From Candidatus Hadarchaeales archaeon (GTDB lineage: Archaea > Hadarchaeota > Hadarchaeia > Hadarchaeales > Hadarchaeaceae): a stretch of DNA of 33,927 bases. Of the stretch, positions 1 to 9,814 are shown piece by piece. The position numbers were made by a program, and so were the translations under genes. Under the pieces are notes generated by a model. The model saw only the letters and a program-made list of their open reading frames with translations, did not search any database and was not told the origin of the DNA. Within the stretch, counting starts at the first letter, position 1. Every line of letters begins with the position of its first letter. The stretch covers positions 1 to 33,927 of the forward strand of contig JAVZGN010000011.1 of assembly GCA_038872135.1 (NCBI GenBank), given 5' to 3'.

Positions 1-1
1 G

Positions 2-826
2 TTCAAAAAAATAATAGACGAAGCAAAATATTTCGCTCCAGTTCTATGGTTGCATGTTTTTGGAGAACCACTGATGAATCCAGAAATTTTTAGAATGATA
101 AAATATTGTAAGGAGAGGGGCATTAGAAATGTAGGGCTTTCCACAAATATAACGTTACTTGATCGGGAGAAATCAGCCAAGTTGCTTGATTCAGGGTTAG
201 ATATTATTGTGCTTTCGCTAGATGGCGCCACAAGAGAAACATATGCAGCAATAAGACGGGGCGGTGATTTTGAGAAAGCGGAAAATAATGTTAAAACGTT
301 CCTTGAAATGAAAGAGAAAAAAGGTAGCAAGATTCATGTGATTCTTTCAATCATCAGAATGAAAGAAACCCAAAAGGAAATTGCCGCATTCAAAAAAAGG
401 TGGAACTCCCCCATGATCGACGAAATATGGGTTAAAGAATTCATCACGTGGGGCGGGCAACTAGATTTGAGCGATATCGCGCCTCAAAATCGAAACTCGC
501 AATCAATGAAACAAAGATATCCATGTCGAAAATTCTGGGAAAGCGTAGTTATTTCATCGAATGGCAAAGTTCTTCCATGTTGTTATGATTACGACGAAAA
601 GCTTATTCTTGGAGATATCACAAAACAAACCCTCTCAGAGATTTGGAATGGTGAAATACTTCAGGAAATAAGAAAAGCTCAATGCAACGGAAATTTCGAC
701 AATCCACTCTGTAAGAATTGCCAGGAATGGAGCGGATTTCCAAAAGATGATAAGTTTATCATAAGTGTGGTAAAAAGAGGATTTTTACGTGTGTTGCATC
801 TTCAGGCTCCAAGTGAAAGAATTTAA
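2..826 (+). CDS. Radical SAM protein with C-terminal SPASM domain (5' truncated by window edge)
   Basis: Frame open from base 2 (FKKIIDEAKY...). Motifs FGEPL, STN and LSLDG; SPASM-like C..W...G.V.PCC.D...LG...EIWN...CxxC. The CxxxCxxC motif would lie upstream of the window. Confidence 0.88.
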   Translation, partial: FKKIIDEAKYFAPVLWLHVFGEPLMNPEIFRMIKYCKERGIRNVGLSTNITLLDREKSAKLLDSGLDIIVLSLDGATRETYAAIRRGGDFEKAENNVKTFLEMKEKKGSKIHVILSIIRMKETQKEIAAFKKRWNSPMIDEIWVKEFITWGGQLDLSDIAPQNRNSQSMKQRYPCRKFWESVVISSNGKVLPCCYDYDEKLILGDITKQTLSEIWNGEILQEIRKAQCNGNFDNPLCKNCQEWSGFPKDDKFIISVVKRGFLRVLHLQAPSERI

Positions 827-872
827 CAATTGTAATGGCTTAAAGAACCTTCATGGAATAAAATATGGTAAA

Positions 873-1745
873 GTGACAAAAACCCGTCTTGAATGTCCGG
901 CATGTGAATTATGTGGCGAGAAAAAGGGTGAAAAAGTCGTAGATCTTGGAACATTCACTATTCAGAGGTGTAAAAGCTGCGGTTTAGGATATACCAGCCC
1001 CAGAATACCGGAGAAAGAGATGCTGAAATATTATGTGAGCGAGCAACGAAAAATTCACAGAACTCCTAAAGCGGAAGGAATCACAAGCTTTCTCCGCACC
1101 GCATGGTACACATACCTTTCAGCAATCAAAGATCCGTGCATGCTTGAGAAGGTGCCCCCTGGAAAAGTTCTAGATGTGGGCTGTGGGTGGGGTGAAATCT
1201 TAGAAAAATTGAGAAAACGGGGTTGGGAAACTTATGGCATAGAAATAAATCGAGATGCAGCAAAGCATGCGCAGGGATTTGGTCGAATTTATACATGTGA
1301 GTTGACTGAAGCAAAGTTTCCGAAAGATTTTTTCGATGCAGTTATCCTCCGGCATGTGTTAGAGCATGTTTATCATCCACTTGAAATTCTTGCAGAGATA
1401 CATAGAATTTTGAAGACGGGAGGTATTCTGGTTATAGAAGTGCCAGAGATAGACTCTGTTGAAGCGAGAATCTTTAAATCTTTCTTCCCAATCTGGAATC
1501 CACCAAGACATTTATATCATTTTTCGCGTAGTACCCTAGAAGCATTTTTGAAAAAAAGTGGCTTCATGATTGTAGAAATTTCTCATTCGCCGTCTCCAAT
1601 CGGCTTCCTGAGCAGTCTTGATAAAATCTTTGGAACAGGTCAATCTTTTCAACATCCATTTTTTACGATTCTCTTCTTTCCATTCACATTGATGTTAAGC
1701 AAAATTGCGCCCACCTGTGAGCTGAGGGTCGTGGCCAAGAAGTAG
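873..1745 (+). CDS. Class I SAM-dependent methyltransferase with N-terminal Zn-ribbon
   Basis: CELC...CKSC, VLDVGCGWG (motif I), FDAVILRHVLEH, LKTGGILVIEVP, PRHLYHF. GTG 873 chosen as start over the longer ORF (789). Confidence 0.85.
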   Translation: MTKTRLECPACELCGEKKGEKVVDLGTFTIQRCKSCGLGYTSPRIPEKEMLKYYVSEQRKIHRTPKAEGITSFLRTAWYTYLSAIKDPCMLEKVPPGKVLDVGCGWGEILEKLRKRGWETYGIEINRDAAKHAQGFGRIYTCELTEAKFPKDFFDAVILRHVLEHVYHPLEILAEIHRILKTGGILVIEVPEIDSVEARIFKSFFPIWNPPRHLYHFSRSTLEAFLKKSGFMIVEISHSPSPIGFLSSLDKIFGTGQSFQHPFFTILFFPFTLMLSKIAPTCELRVVAKK

Positions 1746-1762
1746 CCTGCTAGATAAAAGCG

Positions 1763-3145
1763 CTAACGGCTTCTGATTCCAATGAAGCGTAAAATAAATG
1801 TGGCTACTCTCTCTCCAACTTTTCCATCCATCTTAAAGCAGTGCTCTCTCACAGCTCTTTTGCGCTTTTCTCTGTCTAACTCTGGGTGCTTCAAATACAT
1901 GTTTATGAATTTAATCAGCTCCTCTTCATTTTTCGCGACCCTCACTCCACCAGTCTTGACTAAGGCAGAGTAATGAGTTGTTTTAAAAAATCTTGTGTGC
2001 GATTCAAAATATTTTCTCTTTGATTTATCGAAACAAATGTTTACAACAGGTTTGTCAAACATCAGCGCATCCAGCGAGACAGTTGAGGCCACATTAACCA
2101 CAACATCACTACACGCGAGAAGATTTCCATAGTGAATCATGTCTTCTTCACTTGGGAACCAGACATCTTTTACATCCGTGGCAAAGGCTCCAGGAGGCTC
2201 AAAGGAGATTATGTCCCCATATTGTTTCAGTTTTTCGTGTCGACGCATATCGTCTGCCGGGTGTAATCTTACATGAAGATGAGCTGGGCATGAAATTTTT
2301 CCCTCTTTGATAGCTCGGCATATTGTTTCAATCATTTCGGTTTCATGAGGCGCAGCACCCGCTGATGCAGTGGTGTAGAGAATCAATTTTTTCGTGGGTG
2401 GGGCGCCTATTTTTTTCTTAAATTTTCTCTTCGATAGAAATCTTGATCTATATCGCACAAAATAATCCGAGTGTGGAATTCCCGCTATAAAAATTTGATC
2501 TGGCTTATATCCGTAATAATTCATCAGCTGCTTTTTGTGGAACTCGCTCCATACTATAACTCTTTCTGGTGTCGGTAATCTGCCTTTTGCCAGATGATCC
2601 CAATTTGCCGTCATAAAAATTATGGGCACATTTCTCTTTTTCGATATTTTAGTGAATCCCCCCATGTAAAGGTTCAAAAATTCTGCGATGAAGAATGCTG
2701 AGGGCTTGTATTTTTTGAAAAGTTCCTCCAGCGAGGCATATTTTCTAGTAAAGAGAAGAGCATCTAGACGTTCCAAGGCGTTGATGAGATTTTTATTTTT
2801 CCCCAAAATCCCTTTCACTATTTTGAAGATTATATATCGTGGATAGCTTCGGTCTTTCAGCATGAGTTCTCCAACTTTAGCGCTTTCAATCTCGTTCAGG
2901 TTGAAAAAAATTATCTCTTGGATTTTCCTGATGGCTCGTTCGAAGATGTTCATTTTCCATTCAAAAAAATTTTCAAAAATAACATTTTTTCCACCAAATT
3001 CTGAAATGAATCTCTTGTTCCGATAAAGTGGTGTGAAGATGACAATTCTCAGCCCCTTTGTTGATTTTAAAATCCTGAAGATGTCTGTCCTCATTATGCT
3101 TCTTATATCGTAGCTACCGCCGACTGTCATGAAGAGTGTTTTCAT
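1763..3145 (-). CDS. TagF/CDP-glycerol glycerophosphotransferase-like GT-B protein (candidate nonulosonate transferase)
   Basis: NWDHL, VIVWSE, GIPHSD, VRLHP, SDVVVNVASTVSLDALMFDKPVV. Start ATG 3145 preceded by GGTGA RBS. Confidence 0.7.
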   Translation of the reverse strand: MKTLFMTVGGSYDIRSIMRTDIFRILKSTKGLRIVIFTPLYRNKRFISEFGGKNVIFENFFEWKMNIFERAIRKIQEIIFFNLNEIESAKVGELMLKDRSYPRYIIFKIVKGILGKNKNLINALERLDALLFTRKYASLEELFKKYKPSAFFIAEFLNLYMGGFTKISKKRNVPIIFMTANWDHLAKGRLPTPERVIVWSEFHKKQLMNYYGYKPDQIFIAGIPHSDYFVRYRSRFLSKRKFKKKIGAPPTKKLILYTTASAGAAPHETEMIETICRAIKEGKISCPAHLHVRLHPADDMRRHEKLKQYGDIISFEPPGAFATDVKDVWFPSEEDMIHYGNLLACSDVVVNVASTVSLDALMFDKPVVNICFDKSKRKYFESHTRFFKTTHYSALVKTGGVRVAKNEEELIKFINMYLKHPELDREKRKRAVREHCFKMDGKVGERVATFILRFIGIRSR

Positions 3146-3644
3146 CTCATCACCACATTCATTATTTTCATAAATTGTTAAAATCAACCTTCCGGTAGAT
3201 CCCCCATGAATCTGAGCCTTTTTCATCAACATTTACCTCTTCAGGTTTCCTATAAAATCTCTCGTGGCTAAAAATACCAGCTCAGAGAAACGGAGGCGCA
3301 CGATACGGATCAGTTTTAATCAATGATAAACAGATCTCCATTCATAGAGTGGGGGCGATGACGTAGATCGACTATTTTGCGGGCCTGCCGTAGCCTTGGG
3401 GGCGCCGGAGGGGTCCACGCTTTTGAAATATGGTTCTCTCATTTAATTGTTAGAATGGCTCAAAAAAGCGTTTGCCCCCGTATTTGTGTTAATGAGAAAT
3501 AAAATTCCATTGACGGGTTAAGGAAGTATCCAATGCGTTGAAAAATACTCGTTCACGTGCTTTCAAAAGTATTCGGGTAAGTAGTTGCAAAAGGCAGATA
3601 ATCCTTCAAAATCTCGACTACCAAGCGCATGTTAAAGGAATAAT

Positions 3645-4697
3645 TTACCAATTTAATGCTTCTACTGGAATAACAGTGTCTTCCGGTATGTCCTGTTTTG
3701 CTACTTTTCCAACTAGTTTCTCAATATATTTGGGTGGAAGTCCAGTGCCAGGACACTTTACGGTGAGATCCTCGCGCTTGATTATTTCTCCAGCTCGAAT
3801 ATATCTGGTGCTCACCACGCTTTTTGCCATTTTTTTTCTAACGGGTACTTCAATATCTAGAATTTTCTTTTCTCCATTGCCCAAGGCTTCTTCCAACTTT
3901 CTGATATTTTTGACCAACTCTAAAAATCCTTTTGGTTCAAGCGACGCTGCATGGTCTGGTCCTCGAGCTGTACGATCAAGAGTAAAGTGTCGCTCGATCA
4001 TGCATGCACCCATCATCCTTGCCCCTAGAGAAATCACATATCCTGACTTTTCATGACCAGAGTAGCCCACCGGCACCCCGTATCTTTCTTTTAGTTTGGG
4101 TATTGCTCGAAGATTTGCAAGGTAGTTGTCAAAAGGATACGCAGAAATACAATGGAGCAAAATAAAATCATTTCCATTTCTTCTAATCACTTCTACGGCT
4201 TCATCAAGTTCTTCCCAAGTGGACATCCCTGTTGAAAGGATTACTGGCTTGCCTTTCTTGCACACATAGTCAATGAAAGGAAGATTCGTCACATCAAACG
4301 ATGCTATCTTGAAGCAGGGGATTCCCAGCTCATCTAAAAAATCGGCGCTCTTGAAATCAAATGGAGTAGCGTAGAAGTCTATCCCCAATTTTCTTGCAAA
4401 GTTGAATAGGCGCTTAAATTCTTCGTCTGAGAGTTCAAGTTTTTTTCGATGCTCCCCATATGTCGGTCCGAACGAATCATAGGTTAAATATGGCATTTCT
4501 CTCATTTCTTTTGTCATTAAGCTTTCGACATCCCTTTTCTGAAATTTTACAGCATCGGCACCACACTCTATCGCTGTTTCAATGAGTTTTTTGGCCAGCT
4601 CTAATTCTCCATTATGATTGTTTCCTATCTCCGCCACAATATAGCAGGGGTGATCGTCTCCAACCCATTTGCTTCCTATTTTAACTTCCTTTATCAT
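3645..4697 (-). CDS. neuB: N-acetylneuraminate (nonulosonate) synthase family, with C-terminal SAF domain
   Basis: AEIGNNHNG, KFQKR, KIASFD, STGMS, LLHCISAYP, GYSGHE, ERHFTLD, DHAASLEP; SAF tail KSVV...KCPGTGLPP. Confidence 0.93.
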   Translation of the reverse strand: MIKEVKIGSKWVGDDHPCYIVAEIGNNHNGELELAKKLIETAIECGADAVKFQKRDVESLMTKEMREMPYLTYDSFGPTYGEHRKKLELSDEEFKRLFNFARKLGIDFYATPFDFKSADFLDELGIPCFKIASFDVTNLPFIDYVCKKGKPVILSTGMSTWEELDEAVEVIRRNGNDFILLHCISAYPFDNYLANLRAIPKLKERYGVPVGYSGHEKSGYVISLGARMMGACMIERHFTLDRTARGPDHAASLEPKGFLELVKNIRKLEEALGNGEKKILDIEVPVRKKMAKSVVSTRYIRAGEIIKREDLTVKCPGTGLPPKYIEKLVGKVAKQDIPEDTVIPVEALNW

Positions 4698-4761
4698 CAA
4701 AAGCATTCTCTTCCTGTTCTTAAAAAATATAAACGCCACCAACGATAGGTTTTTAGAAACG

Positions 4762-5580
4762 ATGAATGAGGAACTAATAAAGTTATTCTCACTAGAAGGA
4801 AAAGTTGCAATTGTGACGGGTGGAATGGGTCTTCTAGGAAGAGAATTTGCAAAAACATTGTTGGGTGCCGGCGCAAAAGTTGCGATATTTGATATTCAAA
4901 CAAAGGAATACCCAAAAGAGTATGAAAATGTGTTTAAAAGCAGAAATTTGGCCATTTATAAAGTTGACGTTACAGACAAAAAATCTATCCAGCGAGCAGT
5001 GGATGCGGTTGTCAAAAGATGGGGACCACCCTATGTTCTCGTTAACGCCGCCGCGATAGATGTGCCGCCAAAATACACCAGAGAAAATATAGGGGACTTT
5101 GAAACGTATCCTGAAGAACTTGTTGAAAAAATAATGGACGTGAACGTGAAAGGAACTCTTCTCTGTTCTCAGATTGTTGGGGCAGCCATGGCAAAAGGAG
5201 GAAGGGGAGGCAGCATTATAAACATTTCTTCCATTTATGGTGAGGTTTCCCCCGATCAGAGGATATATGTTAAGAAGGGGCGAAGAGCTTTCATTAAGCC
5301 AGTTTCGTACTGCATAAGCAAGGGGGCCATCTACAGTCTTACAAGATATCTCGCCACATATTGGGCACCTAAAAAAATTAGGGTTAACTGCGTGACTTTT
5401 GGAGGGGTTTTCAATTATCAGGACAAAGATTTTGTTGAGAAGTACTCGGCGAGGGTCCCGCTTGGAAGAATGGCGAGGCGCGACGAGTACAATGGAGCGA
5501 TACTCTTTCTCTCCTCAGACGCTTCTTCATACATGACTGGCGCAAACCTTGTGATAGATGGGGGGTACACCGCTTGGTAA
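4762..5580 (+). CDS. SDR family oxidoreductase (PtmA-like subgroup seen in nonulosonate clusters)
   Basis: TGGMGLLG, NAA, NISSIYG, YCISK (YxxxK), IRVN, PLGRMA, DGGYTAW. Start ATG 4762. Confidence 0.9.
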   Translation: MNEELIKLFSLEGKVAIVTGGMGLLGREFAKTLLGAGAKVAIFDIQTKEYPKEYENVFKSRNLAIYKVDVTDKKSIQRAVDAVVKRWGPPYVLVNAAAIDVPPKYTRENIGDFETYPEELVEKIMDVNVKGTLLCSQIVGAAMAKGGRGGSIINISSIYGEVSPDQRIYVKKGRRAFIKPVSYCISKGAIYSLTRYLATYWAPKKIRVNCVTFGGVFNYQDKDFVEKYSARVPLGRMARRDEYNGAILFLSSDASSYMTGANLVIDGGYTAW

Positions 5581-5633
5581 CCGGCAGGTGCCACAAAATA
5601 TTTGGGTATGCATAAATGGCTGGGAGGGGAAGA

Positions 5634-7520
5634 ATGGAAAAGATATTTTTTGAAAAAGAGGATTTTGATAAAATTAAGAAAGCCCCGGGCATCACGCTGG
5701 AGGAAAAGCTCGCTTTAATCGCCGACATGGTTCGGCTGAATGCTCTGAACACAGTTGTGTGTGCGAGGTCTGGTCATCTCGGTGCATCGTTCAGCGCAGT
5801 TGAAATCCTAGTCACTCTCTACCACCATTTGATGAAGATCGACCCAGAAAATCCCAAGAAAAGCCCCCGGGACATTTTTGTGCTTTCAAAAGGGCATGCC
5901 GCTGCAGCCCTTTACTCAACTCTCGCTTCATGTGGATTTTTTCCCACAGAAAAGCTTGCGAGATTCAGGAGACTAGGGGGGCTAGAGGGGCACGCCGAAA
6001 TCTCTGCTTCAGGCGTTGAGACGAACACAGGATCGCTTGGGATGGGAATATCGAAAGCTAAGGGCTTCAGCTGGGCGGACAGGAAGAGTTCAGTTTTTGT
6101 TTTGCTTGGGGATGGAGAATTGCAGGAAGGTCAAAACTGGGAGGCTATTCAGTCTGCGGTATTTTGGAAGCTCGACAATCTCTACCTCCTAATAGACTGC
6201 AACAAAGTTCAGACGGACATGCCCGTCGAAGAGGTGCTGGACATCTCGCCCCTGCCATCAAAGCTAAGAGCTTTTGGGCTCACGGTGGCCACGGTGAATG
6301 GTCACAGAATTAAAGATATTTTGCGAGCATTTTCCAAACTCAAAAAGGTAAAGGGACGACCGAAGGCAATCGTATTTAACACCATTAAAGGAAAGGGGGT
6401 CTCTTTCATGGAGCATCCCAGAGCTATCAAGAAGGATGGCATCTACAGGTGGCATGATGGTGTTCCCTTTGATCGAGAGTATTTGCAGGCTTGGGAAGAA
6501 ATTGTCGAGAGAATAAAAAGGAGGCTAGCAAAGTATAGAGTTGATATTTCTCTTCCAGTGTTCGATGCGGCTCTCGGTGAAAAAAGGCCGCGCCCATCTG
6601 GAAAATCGCTAGTGGAGGCTTTTTCCGAAATTCTTGTTGAGCTCGGAAGGGAGAGGGAAGACATTGTTGTCCTTGATGCAGATTTGGCCGAGTCGTGTGG
6701 CTTGAGGAAATTCCAGGCGGCTTTCCCTGAGAGGTTTATTGAGGTTGGTATCGCTGAGCAAGATATGGTTTCCACGGCCGGAGGGCTGGCACTGGCCGGG
6801 AAGCTCCCCATCGTGAACACATATGCGGCCTTCCTAACTTCGAGGGCAAATGAACAGATATTTAACAATTGCTCAGAGGGCTCGAAAATAATCTATGTAG
6901 GGCACCTCGCCGGGCTGCTTCCAGCGAAACCCGGCAAATCTCATCAGGGGCTTAGAGATATTTCTGTCCTCAAGAGCATTCCCAATCTTCTGTTGTGTGC
7001 GCCCTCCTTCAGCCCAGAACTGAAAAGTATTTTGGAGTTTCTCGTCCATGAAGCGGCCGGTCCAAGCTATGTGAGGTTAGAGCATGCGCTGCCGAGGTTT
7101 GAAATCCCCGAGCCAGCCACATATAAAATAAGCGTGGGGCGTGGTACGGTGCTGGCGGAGGGGAAAGATGTAGTATTTATCGCTTATGGGCCGACCATGG
7201 TGGGGGAAGCGCTTGGGGCAAGAGAAATTCTTAAAAAAGATGGAATAGAAGCAAAGGTTATCGCTCTTCCGTGGCTAAGCAGGATAGATGAGAAATGGCT
7301 ACGCACTACTGTTGAAGACATACCTCTGACTGTGTGCATTGAAAATCATTTTGTAAAGGGCGGGCTTGGTGAAGAGGTGATCCAGATATTGGGCAACGAG
7401 GTCAAGATAATCGGGGTTGATGGATTTGGTACTTCTGGAGAAGTGGATGAGATCCTTAACTATTTTGGGTTAGATTCATCCAGCATCGCGAAGAGGGTAA
7501 GGGCATGGCTGGGGAAATGA
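5634..7520 (+). CDS. Transketolase, single chain (N- and C-terminal halves fused)
   Basis: SGHLG, LSKGHA, LEGH, TGSLGMG, ThDP motif GDGELQEGQNWEA...N, TIKGKG, GIAEQDM, SHQ. Confidence 0.9.
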   Translation: MEKIFFEKEDFDKIKKAPGITLEEKLALIADMVRLNALNTVVCARSGHLGASFSAVEILVTLYHHLMKIDPENPKKSPRDIFVLSKGHAAAALYSTLASCGFFPTEKLARFRRLGGLEGHAEISASGVETNTGSLGMGISKAKGFSWADRKSSVFVLLGDGELQEGQNWEAIQSAVFWKLDNLYLLIDCNKVQTDMPVEEVLDISPLPSKLRAFGLTVATVNGHRIKDILRAFSKLKKVKGRPKAIVFNTIKGKGVSFMEHPRAIKKDGIYRWHDGVPFDREYLQAWEEIVERIKRRLAKYRVDISLPVFDAALGEKRPRPSGKSLVEAFSEILVELGREREDIVVLDADLAESCGLRKFQAAFPERFIEVGIAEQDMVSTAGGLALAGKLPIVNTYAAFLTSRANEQIFNNCSEGSKIIYVGHLAGLLPAKPGKSHQGLRDISVLKSIPNLLLCAPSFSPELKSILEFLVHEAAGPSYVRLEHALPRFEIPEPATYKISVGRGTVLAEGKDVVFIAYGPTMVGEALGAREILKKDGIEAKVIALPWLSRIDEKWLRTTVEDIPLTVCIENHFVKGGLGEEVIQILGNEVKIIGVDGFGTSGEVDEILNYFGLDSSSIAKRVRAWLGK

Positions 7521-8245
7521 AAATTCTTGGGCTTATTTTGGCAAGGGGTGGTTCCGTCAGGGTTCCCCATAAAAACATAAAGCCATTAGGCGGAAAGCCA
7601 CTTATATATTACATCATCCAGAGTGCAAAGAAATCAAGGTACATCAATAGAATAATCGTTTCTACCGATGATGAAAAGATAGCAGAGATAGCAAGAAAAT
7701 ATGGAGCCGAGGTTCCATTTTATAGACCCAAGGAAATTGCGAGAGAAGATTCTCCTGAATTTAAAGCAATCGAGCACGCATTGAACTGGCTCCGGGACAA
7801 TGAGAAGTATGTTCCAGATCTCGTGGTAAAGCTTTTCCCAACATCTCCATTTCTTAAGCCAGAAACGATAGATAAGGCGATAGAACTGATGCTTGCGAAC
7901 CCTGGCGTGGATTCCCTCAGATCGGTTCGGCTTTGTTCAGAACATCCCTACAAGATGTGGGTTATAGAAAATAATAGGCTGAAATCTTTTGTGCCGCTCA
8001 GCAAAAAACCGCGGGATGCGCACTCTCTACCGTACCAGGTGTTACCAAAAGTCTATATCCAAAATGCCGCCATTGATGTGATAAAGCCTTCCAATATCTG
8101 GAGAAAAAAGTCTGTCATCGGGACAAAGATTTTGCCATTGGTGATGGACGAGTTTGAATCTGTGGATGTAAACACCCCTCTAGATTTTGTTGTGGCAGAG
8201 GTCCTGCTAAAGGAAATGCGAAAGAGGCGCGTACATCAAGTTTAG
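7517..8245 (+). CDS. neuA: Acylneuraminate cytidylyltransferase (CMP-nonulosonate synthetase)
   Basis: ARGGSVRVPHKNIK, VSTDD, GAEVPFYRP, PTSPF, SVDVNTPLDF. ATGA overlap with the transketolase stop. Confidence 0.92.
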   Translation: MKILGLILARGGSVRVPHKNIKPLGGKPLIYYIIQSAKKSRYINRIIVSTDDEKIAEIARKYGAEVPFYRPKEIAREDSPEFKAIEHALNWLRDNEKYVPDLVVKLFPTSPFLKPETIDKAIELMLANPGVDSLRSVRLCSEHPYKMWVIENNRLKSFVPLSKKPRDAHSLPYQVLPKVYIQNAAIDVIKPSNIWRKKSVIGTKILPLVMDEFESVDVNTPLDFVVAEVLLKEMRKRRVHQV

Positions 8246-8591
8246 ATTTCATCGGAAATTCTGATTGTTTGTAGATATTGTTCAGTGCAGGTGAACAAAT
8301 TTTCGCCAAATTCTGATGTCCTGGCCGGGCATCGATGGCATTTGGTTATGGCGGCTTACAAATCGATTAAGCACAACTTATTTCTTATCGGTCGGCAAAA
8401 GTCATTACATTTCTGATACATAAAATAGATATCGTCCGAAAAATGAAAATCCTGTTAACTGGCCGGGCGTGGCGGAGTCGCAAGGAGCCGTTATTAAAGG
8501 ATTGCTTAGGGCCCTATCCTGCCTTTTCAGCACAATTCCATCTTGTCTGGCATTTTTTCATATAGTTGGTTTAAAGTTTTTAACCTAGAAG

Positions 8592-9212
8592 GTGAAGTTT
8601 TGCGAGAGTGTGGTAGAGTCCGTCGAAAAATATCTGCAAAAAATAGGAGAAATAGCAAAGGAGATCTCCCGAAAAGAAATAGAAAAGGCAGTTTCGATAC
8701 TCCACGATGCATGGAAAAATGGCAGGCGGGTGTTTGTTGCAGGCAACGGGGGCTCAGCCGCTACAGCTGTTCATTTTGCAGCGGATCTCTCTAAATTCGC
8801 TTCAGTCCATCCGAAGAAGAGGTTCAAAGCGATTTCTTTGAATGAGAACATACCTCTCTTCAGTGCAATAGTCAATGATCTTGGATGGGAAAATGTGTAT
8901 GTTGAGCAGCTACAAAATCTAATGGAAGAGGGAGATATCTTTGTGGCCATAAGCGTCCACGGTGGAGCAGGAGCGGAAAAAGCCGGTCCTTGGTCGCAGA
9001 ACCTGCTAAAAGCAGCAAAGTTCGTGAAGGAAAAAAATGGAAAGGTCATAGGTTTGGCAGGATTTGATGGAGGGCCACTGAAAAAAATCGCAGATGCGTG
9101 TATAGTTGTTCCATCAGATTCCACGCCGCAGATAGAGGGATTTCACTCGGTTATCGCCCATCTCATTGCTGCTAGGCTTAGGGAGCTTTTGGCGCAAGAG
9201 GCATCGCTGTGA
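8592..9212 (+). CDS. gmhA: SIS-domain sugar-phosphate isomerase, phosphoheptose isomerase (GmhA)-like
   Basis: GNGGSAATAVHFAADL, SAIVNDLG, GFDGG, IEGFH; atypical SVHGG in place of STSGNS. Confidence 0.78.
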   Translation: MKFCESVVESVEKYLQKIGEIAKEISRKEIEKAVSILHDAWKNGRRVFVAGNGGSAATAVHFAADLSKFASVHPKKRFKAISLNENIPLFSAIVNDLGWENVYVEQLQNLMEEGDIFVAISVHGGAGAEKAGPWSQNLLKAAKFVKEKNGKVIGLAGFDGGPLKKIADACIVVPSDSTPQIEGFHSVIAHLIAARLRELLAQEASL

Positions 9213-9814
9213 AGGCGGTCTTCTTAGACAGGGATGGGGTAATAAACGAAATAGTGTATTTCCCAGAGCTCGGTATCTTGGATTCTCCACTCAACCCAAG
9301 GCAGTTTAAACTCCTCCCAAAAGTTGGGGAAGCGATAAAAAAGTTGAACAGGCTAGGGCTGAAGGTGGTGGTTGTTTCAAACCAGCCTGTGGTCGCTAAG
9401 GGAAAAACAACCATGGAGGTTTTTGAAAGGATAAGGGCGAAGATGAAAAGGGAGCTTGAGAAAAAAGGGGCGAGGATAGATGCAGAATACTACTGCTTTC
9501 ACCATCCCCAGGCAAAATATGCGAGATATCGAGTGAGGTGCAAATGTAGAAAGCCGAAGCCGGGACTGCTTCTGCAGGCATCGAAGGATTTAGGCGTAAC
9601 TCTTAAGGGAAGCTACATGATTGGCGATAGCCCGAGCGATATCTTGGCCGGGAAGGCTGTGGGATGCAAGACATTTCTGGTAGGTTATTTAAAGCCGGAG
9701 CTGTTAAAATTAATCTATGAGAAAGGTGCGAGGCCCGATTTCATTGTGAGGGATCTCATGGAGGCCGTCAAAATAATCGAGAGGGAGGTAAAAGCTCATG
9801 GAAATATTTCTTGA
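9209..9814 (+). CDS. gmhB: HAD-IIIA phosphatase, heptose-1,7-bisphosphate phosphatase (GmhB)-like
   Basis: FLDRDGVIN, SNQ, CFHHP...CKCRKPKPG, MIGD...D. GTGA overlap with the upstream gene. Confidence 0.87.
   Translation: MKAVFLDRDGVINEIVYFPELGILDSPLNPRQFKLLPKVGEAIKKLNRLGLKVVVVSNQPVVAKGKTTMEVFERIRAKMKRELEKKGARIDAEYYCFHHPQAKYARYRVRCKCRKPKPGLLLQASKDLGVTLKGSYMIGDSPSDILAGKAVGCKTFLVGYLKPELLKLIYEKGARPDFIVRDLMEAVKIIEREVKAHGNIS

Noticed and set aside
3233-3644. Possible alpha/beta-hydrolase relic (VDL..IA.HSMNG across frames, minus strand) or ncRNA in the intergenic gap
   Set aside because: Needs several frameshifts for a very short motif and no convincing structure is seen; not supportable without a search.
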